A stretch of 64,000 bases of DNA from NCBI GenBank assembly GCA_012295275.1, contig CM022678.1, forward strand, positions 14,818,001-14,882,000, given 5' to 3'. Positions 31,506 through 44,681 of this stretch are shown piece after piece. The notes beneath the pieces were generated by a model. It did not search any database and was not told the DNA's origin. It worked only from the letters and a program-made list of their open reading frames with translations. Within the stretch, counting starts at the first letter, position 1; each line of letters starts with the position of its first letter. A program made the translations under genes and the position numbers. Origin of the DNA: Chrysomallon squamiferum. Its lineage: Eukaryota > Animalia > Mollusca.

Positions 31506-32638
31506 TATATAATGCTGTCTTGAAAAGAAAAAGAATTTCCATTAAAGAATAGGAAATTAAAGAAAGAAGAATATCCGGTAGTATCGTGATAACTACTATA
31601 ACTATTATAATAGATAATTTTTACCTTTATTTATTTATTTTCAAACTTTGTATATTTTTTGTTGCCTTACCATTTCTACAACAGCAACAACTGCTATTAC
31701 TAGTACTGTTTCTATTACTGCTTCCTATTGCTACTACTACTACTATTTCCTACATTACTACTACCACCACTTGAACTATACTTTACCACCATTTCGATTG
31801 CTAAGTCCGCTATGACTACTACTAAAAAATGACACTGACCAATATAAGGGAGACAATAAGTGGTAATAAGATATAACATGATATAACAATATTCAGCTTA
31901 GCTATTCTTTCTACTGTTAAGTCGACTCTGACCACTACTAGAAAATCACACTAATGTAGGGAGAAAATAAGTAGATGTAAACAGGACATTGAAAACTACA
32001 AGGTATGATGTTTCTTTACTATTGATCTGCACACCATAATGACCCTGCTAACAGCGTCAAAAAATGAAAATAAAATACAAATAATATATATATATATATA
32101 TAATGCTGTCTTGCAAAGAAAAAGAATTTCCATTAAAGAATAGGAAATTAAAGAAAGAAGAATATCCGGTAGTATCGTGATAACTACAATTGCTCCAGTG
32201 TTTCGCCCTACAGGCCGGTAGATTCTGAATACTGAGAATGTTTGTAGCTGTATATATCTGTAAGAATTATATTTTAATAAAACATTAGAATATATATTTT
32301 TCGTTTTTAATAACCTATCATATATTTGAAGTTACTATAACGATCTCTTAGTATAAGAAATACTACTTTCGGAAGCAATTGACAAATTGTCAAAAATTGA
32401 AACATTTACCAGTGTTTTCCACTAACGTTCCTGATTTTCCGAGTTTAAAGAGCAGCGGATTTGCCGTTTTTGTCCTTAATGAATTAAATTATTTAATTTT
32501 TTTTATTTCAGACTATGATCATGTCAATCTCACTTACAGGTATACCTTTCCATAGGTTTCAGTATTGATAATAACAAACAGTGAAACTGTTCAATTAAAA
32601 TAATAATCAATAATTAATACTAATACTAATACTACTAT

Positions 32639-32682
<44 letters not shown>

Positions 32683-33434
32683 ATAGTAAATACTAGTATT
32701 GTAACCTGTATATTTTCCGTCCTTTTTTATTGTCTTTGGATTAATCATTGTTGGGGTTATAATTTCATAGTAATAATAGTTATAGTTATTTTTTTTTGTT
32801 TTAGTGGGTTCTATAATTTCAAATATGATTATTATATTAATGATTTAAATATATATATGTGTGTGTGTGTTCGTGTGTGTGTGTGTGTGTGTGAAAATTT
32901 TAGAAATATTACTTTCTTACACACACACACACACACATATATATATATTTAAAACATTAGCAAAAAATCTTTCCACGACAATTAAGAAAGATTTTTGCTA
33001 ATGTTTTAAATAACAGATTAGAGCTGAATCAAATGATATATTATTTCAAAATCAAGAAAGATTTAAGAAAGGTTATTAACATAATGAACATGTTTTCACA
33101 TTATATTGATTTTAGAACATAAACTTTATGCTTTGTACATAGACAAGATATATATATATAATAATTGAAATCTGAATTAAGTATTTATCAGTTTATAGCA
33201 GTAATAATAGACCATCATGGAATACACATTTGTTTGGCTTTCATAATAAGAATTAACACATTTGTTTATTTATTTTTGAAACTAGATTTTTCTAAGTACT
33301 AGCGAGCATAATAATATAAAGAACAGTAAAATATGTGGATTAACCATTAAGTGAAATAAACAGAATATTTAGAGCCCTGGGCATGTCAGTGTTATTTTAT
33401 TTTATTTTTTATTTATTTATTTATTAATTTATTA

Positions 33435-33492
<58 letters not shown>

Positions 33493-33517
33493 GTAATATT
33501 ATTATTATTATTACTAC

Positions 33518-33560
<43 letters not shown>

Positions 33561-33724
33561 TATCCTTATAATACAAATTATAATTTATCTTGGATTACAA
33601 TTTGGTTAATAAAAAATATTTCACAACAAACCTTTTGAAAAAAACATTAAATCCTTCCGAAATAAAGTTATTGCGACAAATAGAATGTAAAGGGTGGCCT
33701 GACTAAGCCATTTGTAACCATTTT

Positions 33725-34763
33725 GAATATATCCACATTATAAGGCTTTCCTCTGGTGTCTCTAGTTGACTTCAGGACTTTATTTCCCTGAAAAGTAATT
33801 TAAAGAACATTTTGTGATCATTATCAGAAATGCCAAGAATAAATTTAATTGTTGCTTGAGTAAATTTCATCAATTGTAAAAATTAATTAAAGATCAGATG
33901 TGAAAAAAACAGAAATGATGTTTAGATATTGTAAATTCAGATTTTAAAATGAAGTTATAGAATTTCTCCAAATTAACGATGTGATAAATGTATTCGAATT
34001 TCTATCCGTACTTTTTAATCAATAAATATAACTTGGGCCTCAAAAATTAGCACCATTTATAATTTCGTAACAGAGGAAATGGCCATAAAATAATTTTAAT
34101 TTGAATTTATAATATTAATCTGTATATGTATGTATGTATGTATGTATGTATAAATCAAGGGTTAACATATATATATATGTTAACCCTTGACTTCTAAAAT
34201 TAAATTACTCAAGGTCTGCTTTATAAAGATTGTTTCATCTTTCTGGTAATAGAAAATAACATAGTAAGTAATTAAAAAAAAAAAAAAAAAAAAATAATAA
34301 ATAATCCTGATTGGATTAGACAGTGCCCAAGATAGATGAGAACAGGTGTTTTTTCATTATAATTTTTTTTATATTTCTAGTTTACTTTATATTATAGGTT
34401 ACTTTATCATGTAGCATGGACCAACAAGAACGATAACTCGTAATGGCATAAATTACGTCACAGGTAAAAAACATTAAGAAATAAAAATCGATTAAAATCA
34501 ACCCAAGAAAGGTTCACATTTCCTTATTGTTATGTTTATTTTATTATATTATTTTTATTTTTATAATTCTCGACAATTTTCACATTTTATTGCTTTAACA
34601 TTGTTTATAACAATAATAATAAAACATTTCGAAAGCTAATTTTATAATGATTTCGAATTATATAACAGATGAATTTAGCAGAATCTGAATATGGAATTTC
34701 AGGAAAATGGTTAAATATATAATTAAGTATGAGAAATAAAAGTGTAAACATTATATTGAATTA

Positions 34764-34854
<91 letters not shown>

Positions 34855-37800
34855 TATCCTTATAATAAAAATAAACCATCTTGGATTACACATCATTGAT
34901 GTTGAAGTAGTATTAGTAGTACCAGCTAAATGAACAAAATTATCATGTTTCCGCAGGTGTCAAATCACTTACAAACTTCAACCAATCAAAGCGCGCTATT
35001 TTCGTAAACCGATAATGTTTTATTATCGGCCGCCGTATTGTCCCACCCACAAGCGCTGTTTAGTTCAGTTGTTCAGCAAGCGTTAACACCTCCTTTGTTA
35101 GAAGGCATTCATTGTTCATACGCATGTGTTTAGGGGCGGGGGCAAATCGGACGTACGGTACGAAAGTGGACAGCATTGGAATGGAATGGAAAAAAAATGA
35201 ACGTGCTAATCAGAGCAAGCTGTTGTGAAGCACGTCTGCGACGGGCACGCTTTCTGACAGGTCAGCGGGCGTGTCCGTCGCATATGGACAGCATTTGATA
35301 TTTATCCCGTTTATACCTCTCATGGTTGGAACTGGTTGCACTGGTTGGAACATTGCTTACGGCTGTTAGGGACTCTCGCTATCATTATATCTTCTTTATA
35401 TATATGTAAATGGCGAGATTCCGATCTGAAGATTTTCTACATGCACAAAAGCAAGACAACAATATCAATTTATTTTTTTAGGGGAATTTCTTATGAAGAC
35501 CAGACTATTATATCTTATTGTATTTTATAAAATTATAAATTGTTAATTTGCTGATGAATATTTAGAAATAGTTATTTTTCTTGCTCTATGCTGTATAAAT
35601 ATGATCTGCTAGTTTCTGCTATGTAGATCACGGTTATGACGTCATTTAAAATGTTTCGACAGTAATGAGAAAAACTATCAAGTACTCTTATGCATTAGTC
35701 TTGAAATGAGACGTCAGAAATAATAAATATAAATGAATAAAACATGTATGCAAAACGAGAAAAAAGCAACAACAACCTAACAACATTTGTCAATGGGCAT
35801 AAAATTTAAGTAGCACCGGAATTTTTGACGCCACTTTCTCCTCTCACTACGTGATAATTACAGAATGTCCTGTGCAACGGAAGTAAATGAGCTCATTAAT
35901 AATATTAATTTGTATTTATTTATTTATTATTATAATTTTCTGTTTATCTGTCAGGTAATGAAATGCCGTTCAGGATCACACTGGACTGTTGATCATTCTT
36001 GTAATATGACTGAAGACAAGAAACGGGCAACTGGTTCAAAGAAGGTGTATGATTTACTGAATAGAAGCTGTGCATACAGTCAGCTAAACATTACAATTTT
36101 TATATCTCTGGAGTCACGTATTAAGATGCACATGCTGCTTTCAGATCATTTGCTGCTTATTTGTGCAAAATAAATAAATTAAATAAAAAAATGGTCAGTC
36201 TTTCATAAATATATTTTGCGCATATTACAAAAAGAAATTATATATATAAGAACCTTAATCACGATCTTTTACAAATATTTGTTATTTATCTATGTGTGTT
36301 TGACATGTTTTATTGTTGCTAAAACTGTTTGATACTTAAAATTCGGGTTGAACTACAGAATCATTTCAGTTTATTTCTGCTGCTATTTGACTATCATTGT
36401 TTATTATTTAATTTGCACGTGTATGTCAGGTATCTGTGTATACCATTTCAGCGTGAACAAACAGCTTGAAAAGGGGACTATCCTTTCTGAAAACTATTAT
36501 ATGAAATTAGATTTGGCTAGCTCATGTATTTATCTGGTATACCTTTTCCCGCATGTTAAACCACAATCATCTAAAATATTTTTTACAAATTTATTCCAAG
36601 GAGAATCAATAAAAAATATAGCGGTGAAGAAATCTTGTTTTGGCTTTTGTAAATTTCTTCCCCCAAAAGGGGATACCGTGCTATTCACCACAGATCATAA
36701 AGATAGTTCAGAATATATTATAGTGATTTGAAATAAACAGTCTTGTGACATAATGTATGATGTTTTTTTATGGGTCGCAATATGGAATTATTACCAATTT
36801 CTTGTTCGGTTTCTGTTTCGCTAAAATGTTTACACTTAGAAAATGACTTAATGAATGACTAGAATATGTAACAATAAAATAAATAAATAAAAAAAGTAAA
36901 TAAAGGATATATTTAGTTAGGAAAAGGGACATATATCTGCTAAACAAAATTATTTATTTATTTATTTATTTGTTTATTTGTTTATTTTACGGTTTGATGC
37001 TTATTTTTAAATAGTAATTTTTTTATTGTACAAAGCGTCCTCATCAGCTTCTCATACTGTAAAAATGTGGATGTGGAACTGAAGCAGTTTTACTGCGCCC
37101 GGTAGCCACGACTAAAGAACTTTGACAGATGATATTAATATTTAAATTCATGTAACTGGATTCTCCTCAGGTTTATTATTAAATTTTGATCATATTGTTC
37201 GTCAGTATATTTGTTTACAATTATTTTCTTTTTCAGACATCAGGATTTTGTTTTCGTTTAATTTGTTCTGATTTTAAAACTATAGAATCTTTATTTTTCT
37301 TCGTTTTAATTAAATACAGTTTTAATAACCTGGTCGGTTTGTCCTAAAATTTACCGAAACATTAAACTTTAGTGTATATAACAGCGATATAATACAGTAT
37401 ATAAATGTCATATAGCATGTAAAGAAAAATGTACAGTATAAAAATGTACGTTAGTCTGGATTAAGTTTGTTGGATTAGCGTGGTTTTGGGTGCAGTTGTA
37501 AAATTTACTCTTACGTTGATGGAAAGAAGGTTGAGAGAGGGTTGCCGTGATCATATAGCAGGGACTCAGAATAACTTAAGATGTAAGGTTTCAACTGAGA
37601 AATTGCGGTAAATTCATATTTTGTGACTTTTTCAAACATTTGGTCCGGATTTTCCGAAATATAATTTATAATACAATTTATAGAATATAGAAATTCAGTT
37701 TATGTGTAGAGTTATAAAACTCAATAAAGAGTGATCAATAATACGCTTTCCGAACAAGACACTCACATTATATCACACTATCACTGAGTTGTTTTTACAA

Positions 37801-38090
37801 AAACTGTATTTATAAATAGTAATGTATTTGCTTGTTTGTTTGTTTATTTGTTTGTTATTTGTTTGTTTATTTATTTTTTAGTTTAATTGTTTAACTTGAA
37901 CCATACTAATTTTGCCACTGAGACTGTACAGGTTTTTAATCAGTGTTTGTTTATGCTTGAGAATTTTATTAGATTTATTTTTAAACTTAAATATAATAAA
38001 TCTGTCACTACAGTAAATATATGTCACGAGATTCCCTAACTACGTTTCCCTAACTACAAATAAACAATCCCATAGGTACCTCTGAGATAT
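33725..38090. repeat. Older, deleted paralog of the PEBP-flanking block
   Basis: Colinear patches match 3865-3955, ~5884-5910, 8160-8272, 9293-9967, 56228-56440, 57895-58377, 58805-59512 and 10775-11100. Confidence 0.75.
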
Positions 38091-39334
38091 ATAAATAAAT
38101 AAATAAAAATATTGCAATTGTTTATTTTATTTATTTATCATTATTATTATTTTTATTATCACTATTATTATTATTGCTATTTATTATTACTGTAAGTAGT
38201 TTATTTTATTTTATTATCACTATTATTATTATTTATTTTAAGTTTATTTTTATTTAATTTTTATTTAATTTTAAACATTTTATTAATCATTATAAAAATA
38301 TTAGAATATCATTTTAAAGAATAAAAAAATATACCATGTTTAAAGTTATAAAAGTTATTTAGAATGTATGATGTAAAAAGAAATAAACTGATGTTTTACA
38401 TAATTTAATATTTTTATTGTAAGATGATTAATATAAATAACTGTAAGCTGTTTATTTTACAGTGATCCCAGAAACCAGTCTGCGAAGCTGACTAGGTGTG
38501 TCAAGTGGGCACTGCAGCATATTTTACCTTCACAGACTAAAAAAATAAAAATAGTTTTAAGTAATCAGATGTTTTTCATTCTAATTATTAATAATTAATT
38601 AATAACATATCACACACGAACACATGTTAAATAAAATTAATATAAACAAAATGTTATTGAAGTAGTTTTCATGTATATTTAAATATTATATTTATATTTT
38701 TATTGTTTTTATGACTTCATTTTTCAAACTCATCAGGCAATACAGCCTTTAAAAGATACTGTCATATGTAACATTTTCATCTTCTTTTTGTAAGATTAAA
38801 TTAATTCTATAATAAAATAAGTCTAAAATTCAAGAAAAATAAAGCAAAGAACATCTTATCACTAACAATAATAAAAGTCATAATAATAATAAATCTAATT
38901 TCAATAGATATTCAGCTTAGATTACATTTTTATTTTTTTTTTAAATTAAGATTAAACTACTTAAAATCGGTTTTAAAAAAAAAAAAAAAAAATGAAAATA
39001 ATAAAAAGAACAGAATGGCTCCTAAGGTACAAGTCAGAAAAGCTTCCATCTCAGTTTAAATAATTACAATAGAATTTAAAATAAATAAATAAACAAAAAA
39101 TCAACATCCTGCTTTCTGTGAGTTCAAATAAACATGTCTGTTACATCCAACAAACTGTATCCGAATCTTTGATTACTTCATCTATATAACTGATCCAGTA
39201 CATCCAGGATACAACATCCAGTCAGTAACCTGACTTGTCATTAATAAATTCATCTCACATCCCAGCCAGCTATACATGTATGCATGTACAGAATGCTGTA
39301 TCACCACTGGATGGGAAATAAAATAAATAACTGC

Positions 39335-39365
<31 letters not shown>

Positions 39366-39366
39366 T

Positions 39367-39404
<38 letters not shown>

Positions 39405-39479
39405 TAATTTTTAATTTTGATTTTTGATTCATTTCCTTTGTACCATCCATTAGTGGGTAGATTGGTCAGTGTGTATCAA

Positions 39480-39845
39480 GTACTGATGTTGTGTGTCCGT
39501 GTCTTGTGTCTCCTGTCGTCTGTATGTGTCTGTCTACGTCATGTGTGGTGTGTGTTTGTGTTTGTTGTCCGGTGTGGTGTGCATATCTGTGTTTTGTGTT
39601 TTGTGTGACTTGTCCTGTACAGGTCTTCAGTATGTTTTAGTGTGTTTTTATGTATCTGTTGTTGCTGCAAGAATGTCTTCTGTATGGTTGATGTAGTTGC
39701 CTGTGTATCTTGTATATGTTTGTTGTTGCTGCATGTTTGTGTTTTGTGTCCGGCGTGATATGTTAGTTGTGTTTTGTTTGCTTTGTCCTGTATGGTGTTT
39801 GAAATGTCTTCTTGTATATTTCCTTTGTTGTGCCTGTGCACGTTT
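39480..39845. repeat. Degenerate TG-rich low-complexity tract
   Basis: Strong T/G strand bias with decayed (TG)n and TGTC motifs; explains the overlapping spurious ORFs. Confidence 0.8.
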
Positions 39846-40064
39846 TTTATTTATGCTAATTTTATATATTAAGTAGTGTATGATGTATTGTCTGTGGTTT
39901 CTACATTGGAATATGCAATAAATCGAAACTATGCATATTAAAATATATATACAAATGTTGATTCTAATGTAGGCTAAACTCATAAAATTCAGGGAAGTGA
40001 AATCTGAAGAAAATGATTTACAGTCGAAGGGGAATAACTCCAACCACATAAGGATTGTAATACT

Positions 40065-40870
40065 GAGTGTTTAGTGACGCCTTAGCACTAAAAACAGAGT
40101 TCCTATTGGGAGTAAAATAATATAAAAATATCAAAAGTTTATAAAACGCAGTATAAAAAGCTGGGTAAAATATAAATATCACATTTGACTGAAATTTAAA
40201 ATTTGTTATAAAAGAAAATATTCTTTAAAAAGATTTAGTAAAAGATTAGAATGATACCTAAATAATTTACCACATTGTATCTATCAAATATATTCTTGTC
40301 TCAATAAAATGTCTGCATTCGAGTGTGTTGAACTGTCACAGTACACAAACAGTGCTCACACTGAGGTGGAGGATCGTTCTTTAAGATACACGAATGAGCC
40401 ACGTGTGCACGACCGACGCGGGCACGACACAAGACACATTCATCCTTTCTGCACTGCCTGTAAGAGGACTGCCAGTGTCCCAGTGCTCGCTTAACAGAAT
40501 GAGGCTTGTTTGTGTCAGCACCATTCCAGTCATTTTGCTAAGTGAAAACAATATATTGACAATATGATGCTTAAAATCAGTATCGGGTACACCAACCTTA
40601 GCATGTGACAGATCCAAAGCAGTCTTAGCAGCAGAATCTGCCTTTCATCACCCCTAATGCCAGTAAGTCTGTGTACCCAACAGAAAATAATGTCCTTGTT
40701 GGCAATATTAAAAAAAGATACTCTTTCGTGTCACCATCCCAATTAAGGGATGATCCAGCGTCTGTGTTGTAAAGCTTGGAGAGATCTATTGATACAATGA
40801 TGTCTTCTGCAGTCGAAATGTATGCACCTCGTCGGTGACATCGCTTGATCAAAGACAAGGGCAGGTTTCT
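40065..40870 (-). mobile_element. Decayed 3' fragment of an RNase H-encoding non-LTR retrotransposon (I/Nimb-like LINE)
   Basis: Frameshifted minus-strand translation gives KDIIFCWVHRLTGIRGDE.ADSAAKTALDLSHAKVGVPDTDFKHHI (RNase H WVPSH.GI.GNE.AD motif) and CRARVGRA....SYLKERSSTS/PPPQCEHC (C-terminal Zn-knuckle region); I-clade-like 3' tail GTGCTAAGGCGTCACTAAACACTCA. Confidence 0.85.
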
Positions 40871-41181
40871 CAAATCTCTGCCTTCAGAATTTAATAATCT
40901 TTATTAGCATTTGTTGATAAATATAATCGTATTTCCTTAATTTAATTAAATTATTTCTTTTATTAATTCCATTATTTTTCATTTGAAGAGATAATACATT
41001 TATTTATTTCCAGTTCTGAATGGAATGACTTTTATCATGTCTAACATAAACACAGTTTTTACGTACAGTTACGCACTTGTACATAATATCGTAGCAGAAT
41101 ATTGAATATTTATAGTCAGGCTGTTTTTACAAAAAAGAAAAAAAGAAAAGAAAGATATGAATTGAAAGTAAACAAAAGAAA

Positions 41182-41183
<2 letters not shown>

Positions 41184-41249
<66 letters not shown>
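41184..41249. repeat. (TC)n microsatellite
   Basis: Direct reading. Confidence 0.98.
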
Positions 41250-41251
<2 letters not shown>

Positions 41252-41399
41252 GTCTACGGATACCGTTTGAAGTCTATCGACAACGTTGCGATAAACGACA
41301 TAACTGACTTCAAAGACATAATTTTTGGCCTCATTTCAAAAAGTCTAAAAATAATAATAATAATAATAATTAAAAAAAAAAACAAGAAACCAACGCCAT

Positions 41400-41662
41400 A
41401 AATCACTGCGAGCACTGTAGCATTAAATACCCAACAGTACCGCAGTACCGCAGTCTTTTCCCCGAATTTAACTACATTCGTCAATTCCGGTCTGATTCTG
41501 GCGGAAGCACGTGAAACTCGGAGAAAAGACTGCGGTACGAAAATGTAAAATAATACATATTTTGTTTTTATCATTCAGCGATGAACAGTTTTGTCAACGT
41601 GTAGTTAGTTCTGAAAGGATTACTCTGCTTGGCAGTTTGATTGTATGAACGAATTGGTAGGT
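41400..41662 (+). promoter_or_regulatory. CpG-rich promoter/first-exon-like region of an unidentified gene
   Basis: GCGGAAG (ETS-like) adjoining CACGTG near 41500-41514, CpG enrichment, and a donor-like TTG|gtaggt near 41657. Confidence 0.35.
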
Positions 41663-42004
41663 GATATTTCTATCTCATGTTTCAGCTGAAAATTTATTTT
41701 TGACTGATGTCACTGTGATTGTTCCTCCACTGTTATAGATGATGCATGACAATTACAAATTTTGAAATTCGAATAACACGAATACTGAATGAAAGAGGGT
41801 TTTTAAAAATGTTTTGTCATGCTCTGTAACCACAGTTAATAACTTTTACATCGCCTTCAAGTGTCATGTTAAAAACAACAACAACAAAAAATGTTATATT
41901 TGTTTATTTTATGTTTCATCTGAGTTTACACATTCACAATATCTTCAGATAATATTTCTCAGTACCAGGTCTTACACTTAAGTCTTTGGGGCATACAATC
42001 AATG

Positions 42005-42042
42005 AGTTGGCCCCAGGCATCACCAGACGTCTGCACGCCACT
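42005..42042. mobile_element. DNA-transposon/MITE terminus remnant
   Basis: GGCCCCAGGCATCACCAGACGTCTGCACGCCACTG ends in the reverse complement of a CAGTGGCGT-type TIR. Confidence 0.35.
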
Positions 42043-43399
42043 GGTATAAACTGACCCGTCCAGCGTCTTCTGTGACCGAAGTGCTAGCTCATTTCTTCAG
42101 AAACTATGTACAGTGAATTACTAAACTGAAAACTAACTGAATACTGTGACAAGAAAACCTGTGTCAAAGAGAAAAATAATTTCTACATGTGAACATGTCT
42201 CTAATTCTCTATACAGTACTAGAAATTTAAACAATTATTAAATATAAATGAATTCATTAGTATAAATGGTACAAGTTTAATCAAATGGTTGATGGTTTCA
42301 GTCTTTAATTTTTAAAATATTATTTGCAATTCAACTTAAGTGACAAAATTTAAAATGTACTGAACACTTGTTTATTAAATAAATGTAATTCTATATTCAT
42401 TTAAAAGTCACTTTCTTTATTTAAAACTTTAATATTAAAATTATTATTCTGATTTATAATGTATAGTTATTGTATGTGTTTGTGATAAGTAATAAAAGCA
42501 TGCATCATTTGATTTTCACACAGAATGATAAAATCATCAGAGAATGACCAAAAGACAGCTAATAACAGTTTAAACAGCAATTTTGTTGTCATTAATATTA
42601 GAATTTCATAACAGTTATATTTACTGGTTTATTTCTAATCACTAATCTTGTATTATTTTGGTGTTTAATGAACCACATTATGGCCGATAGTGGAATTGGA
42701 TTCAAATTCCTAACTTAACTTAAATTAACAAATGTAAAATATGATGTAGGTTGCTGTTATTATTATTTTTTATTGGCTTTTTCATGTTAGTTTGTACATA
42801 CAATTTATATATGGTTTTTGTATTTTTTTTATAAATTGTTTATTTTAAAAAATATTTCAATAAATGTATATATTTTTCATAAAAAATACTAAAAAATGTA
42901 TTTGAAAAACTTGTGATTTATTTTAGCTAATGTATTTCTCTTATTTGAAATACGCATACATGTATGTATGTATGTATGAATGCTTGAATGTATACATAGT
43001 ACATAAATATTAATTTGTCCTATTTTTGGTAATTTCCTGCAAACACACATTGTTCTCAAGCATGGTATTTCTGTCTCAGCAAGTAATTTATTTTAAAACA
43101 ATAAGTTTGATTTAATTATTTTAATTTCAATTTGTTTTTTTTTGTGTATCAGTGATGTTCTTCTCAGACTGGTGCACTGGTGATATTTTCAACTTTGAAA
43201 GACAAAACATGAGATTAGTTGTTTTAGTCTGGGACTAAAACAATAATTAACAAGTTTGTGAAATTGTGTATCTGTCATAAGCAGTATGGGGGTTATGGTT
43301 AAACTCTGATTCCATACACACCTGACACAATGACACCACACAACACAGCGTTTCTCCATCAACCAGGAAATTCTCTATTTCCATTTTCAAGATAATTGT

Positions 43400-43599
43400 N
43401 NNNNNNNNNNNNNNNNNNNNNNNNNNNNNNNNNNNNNNNNNNNNNNNNNNNNNNNNNNNNNNNNNNNNNNNNNNNNNNNNNNNNNNNNNNNNNNNNNNNN
43501 NNNNNNNNNNNNNNNNNNNNNNNNNNNNNNNNNNNNNNNNNNNNNNNNNNNNNNNNNNNNNNNNNNNNNNNNNNNNNNNNNNNNNNNNNNNNNNNNNNN
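43400..43599. other. Assembly gap (200 N)
   Basis: Run of exactly 200 Ns, typical of a fixed-size scaffolding join. Confidence 1.
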
Positions 43600-44604
43600 T
43601 GCTAGATAAAAAGATATGATACGCTAATGTAACAATGTTGTAACAGTAAACCTAAATTAGTAAATATGTTTACCCCATCTCGTTGATCTTGGAAGTGGTC
43701 GTTCACAAACGATTCAGTTTCAGACTCAAATTCTTCCTTTAATTGCGCTCTTTGATTAAAAGATAGTATAGTTAATACATATTTAGAATATCATAAATTA
43801 CAAAACTTAATCCTCGCACACTATTGTCGTAATGTCCAAAAATTATGTATGAAGAGCTAACGGAAGGGATACATAACTTTTGCAGAACAGTCGCAATTGT
43901 TGTAAATTTCAGCTGCATGAAGGAAGAAAGAGGGCCTTTTGGTAATCTTTTGACTGGATTGTATAATATTATATTTTGAGTTATTTCCAACTTTTAATCA
44001 TAATTGATTAATTTATTTTGTGATAAAAGTAAAATAACTTTATTAGGGGTATTGACAAATGTTGGTGATACGTTTCCATTTGATTGTTTCACTTGTGACA
44101 TGAATGTTTCTTGAATAAAAAGTTGTCTCTGATTACAAATCTGATGTCAAGGAGATGAGATAATAATAATAATAATACACACAATAATAATAACACACAA
44201 TAATTATTATTATTGCCTTTCTTAGCCATCAAGAAAGTGCGTGTGTTTTAGTAAAGGAATTTTGAAGTGTATCATTGCCTTTGGACATAAATTAAAATAT
44301 ATCCATTATCTTCTATTTTAATTTATTTATTAACAATGACAGACAACAATAAAATGATAACTTCTGGAAGCCATGAAGTATTATTAGACAATTTTATTTG
44401 TAGCTACAGGTACATTTTCTTTTAAAGAAATGAAAGAAAACTGTAAATTTAAACATTTTTAATGTACAACATCAACAATAATCTTTATCAACAAAACAAC
44501 AACAATAACAACAACAACAATAACAATAACAATAATAATAATAATAATAATAATGTATCCGCATTTGGACCCATCTAGAGAAGCACTATGGACACTGAAA
44601 CGAA

Positions 44605-44681
44605 AATAGTCACGTGAGTGGTATGCTAGACAACCAAAACAATATGGAAACATCGTAGCGGTTGTCTTTTTGATAATGGAG
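44605..44681 (+). promoter_or_regulatory. Putative LKAAEAR1 promoter: E-box and RFX X-box-like motif
   Basis: CACGTG at 44611-44616 and GTATGCTAGACAAC at 44621-44634 (reverse complement GTTGTCTAGCATAC, X-box-like), just upstream of ATGGAG|gtttgt. Confidence 0.45.

Noticed and set aside
35865-36731. 102-aa and 127-aa + strand ORFs
   Set aside because: Paralogous copies (9680-9967, 55939-56227, ~57900-58100) do not keep the frame and no motif is recognisable.
39417-40049. Overlapping V/C-rich and T/H/Q-rich ORFs
   Set aside because: Arise from a TG-biased low-complexity tract.
43396-43605. Poly-X ORF
   Set aside because: Assembly gap.
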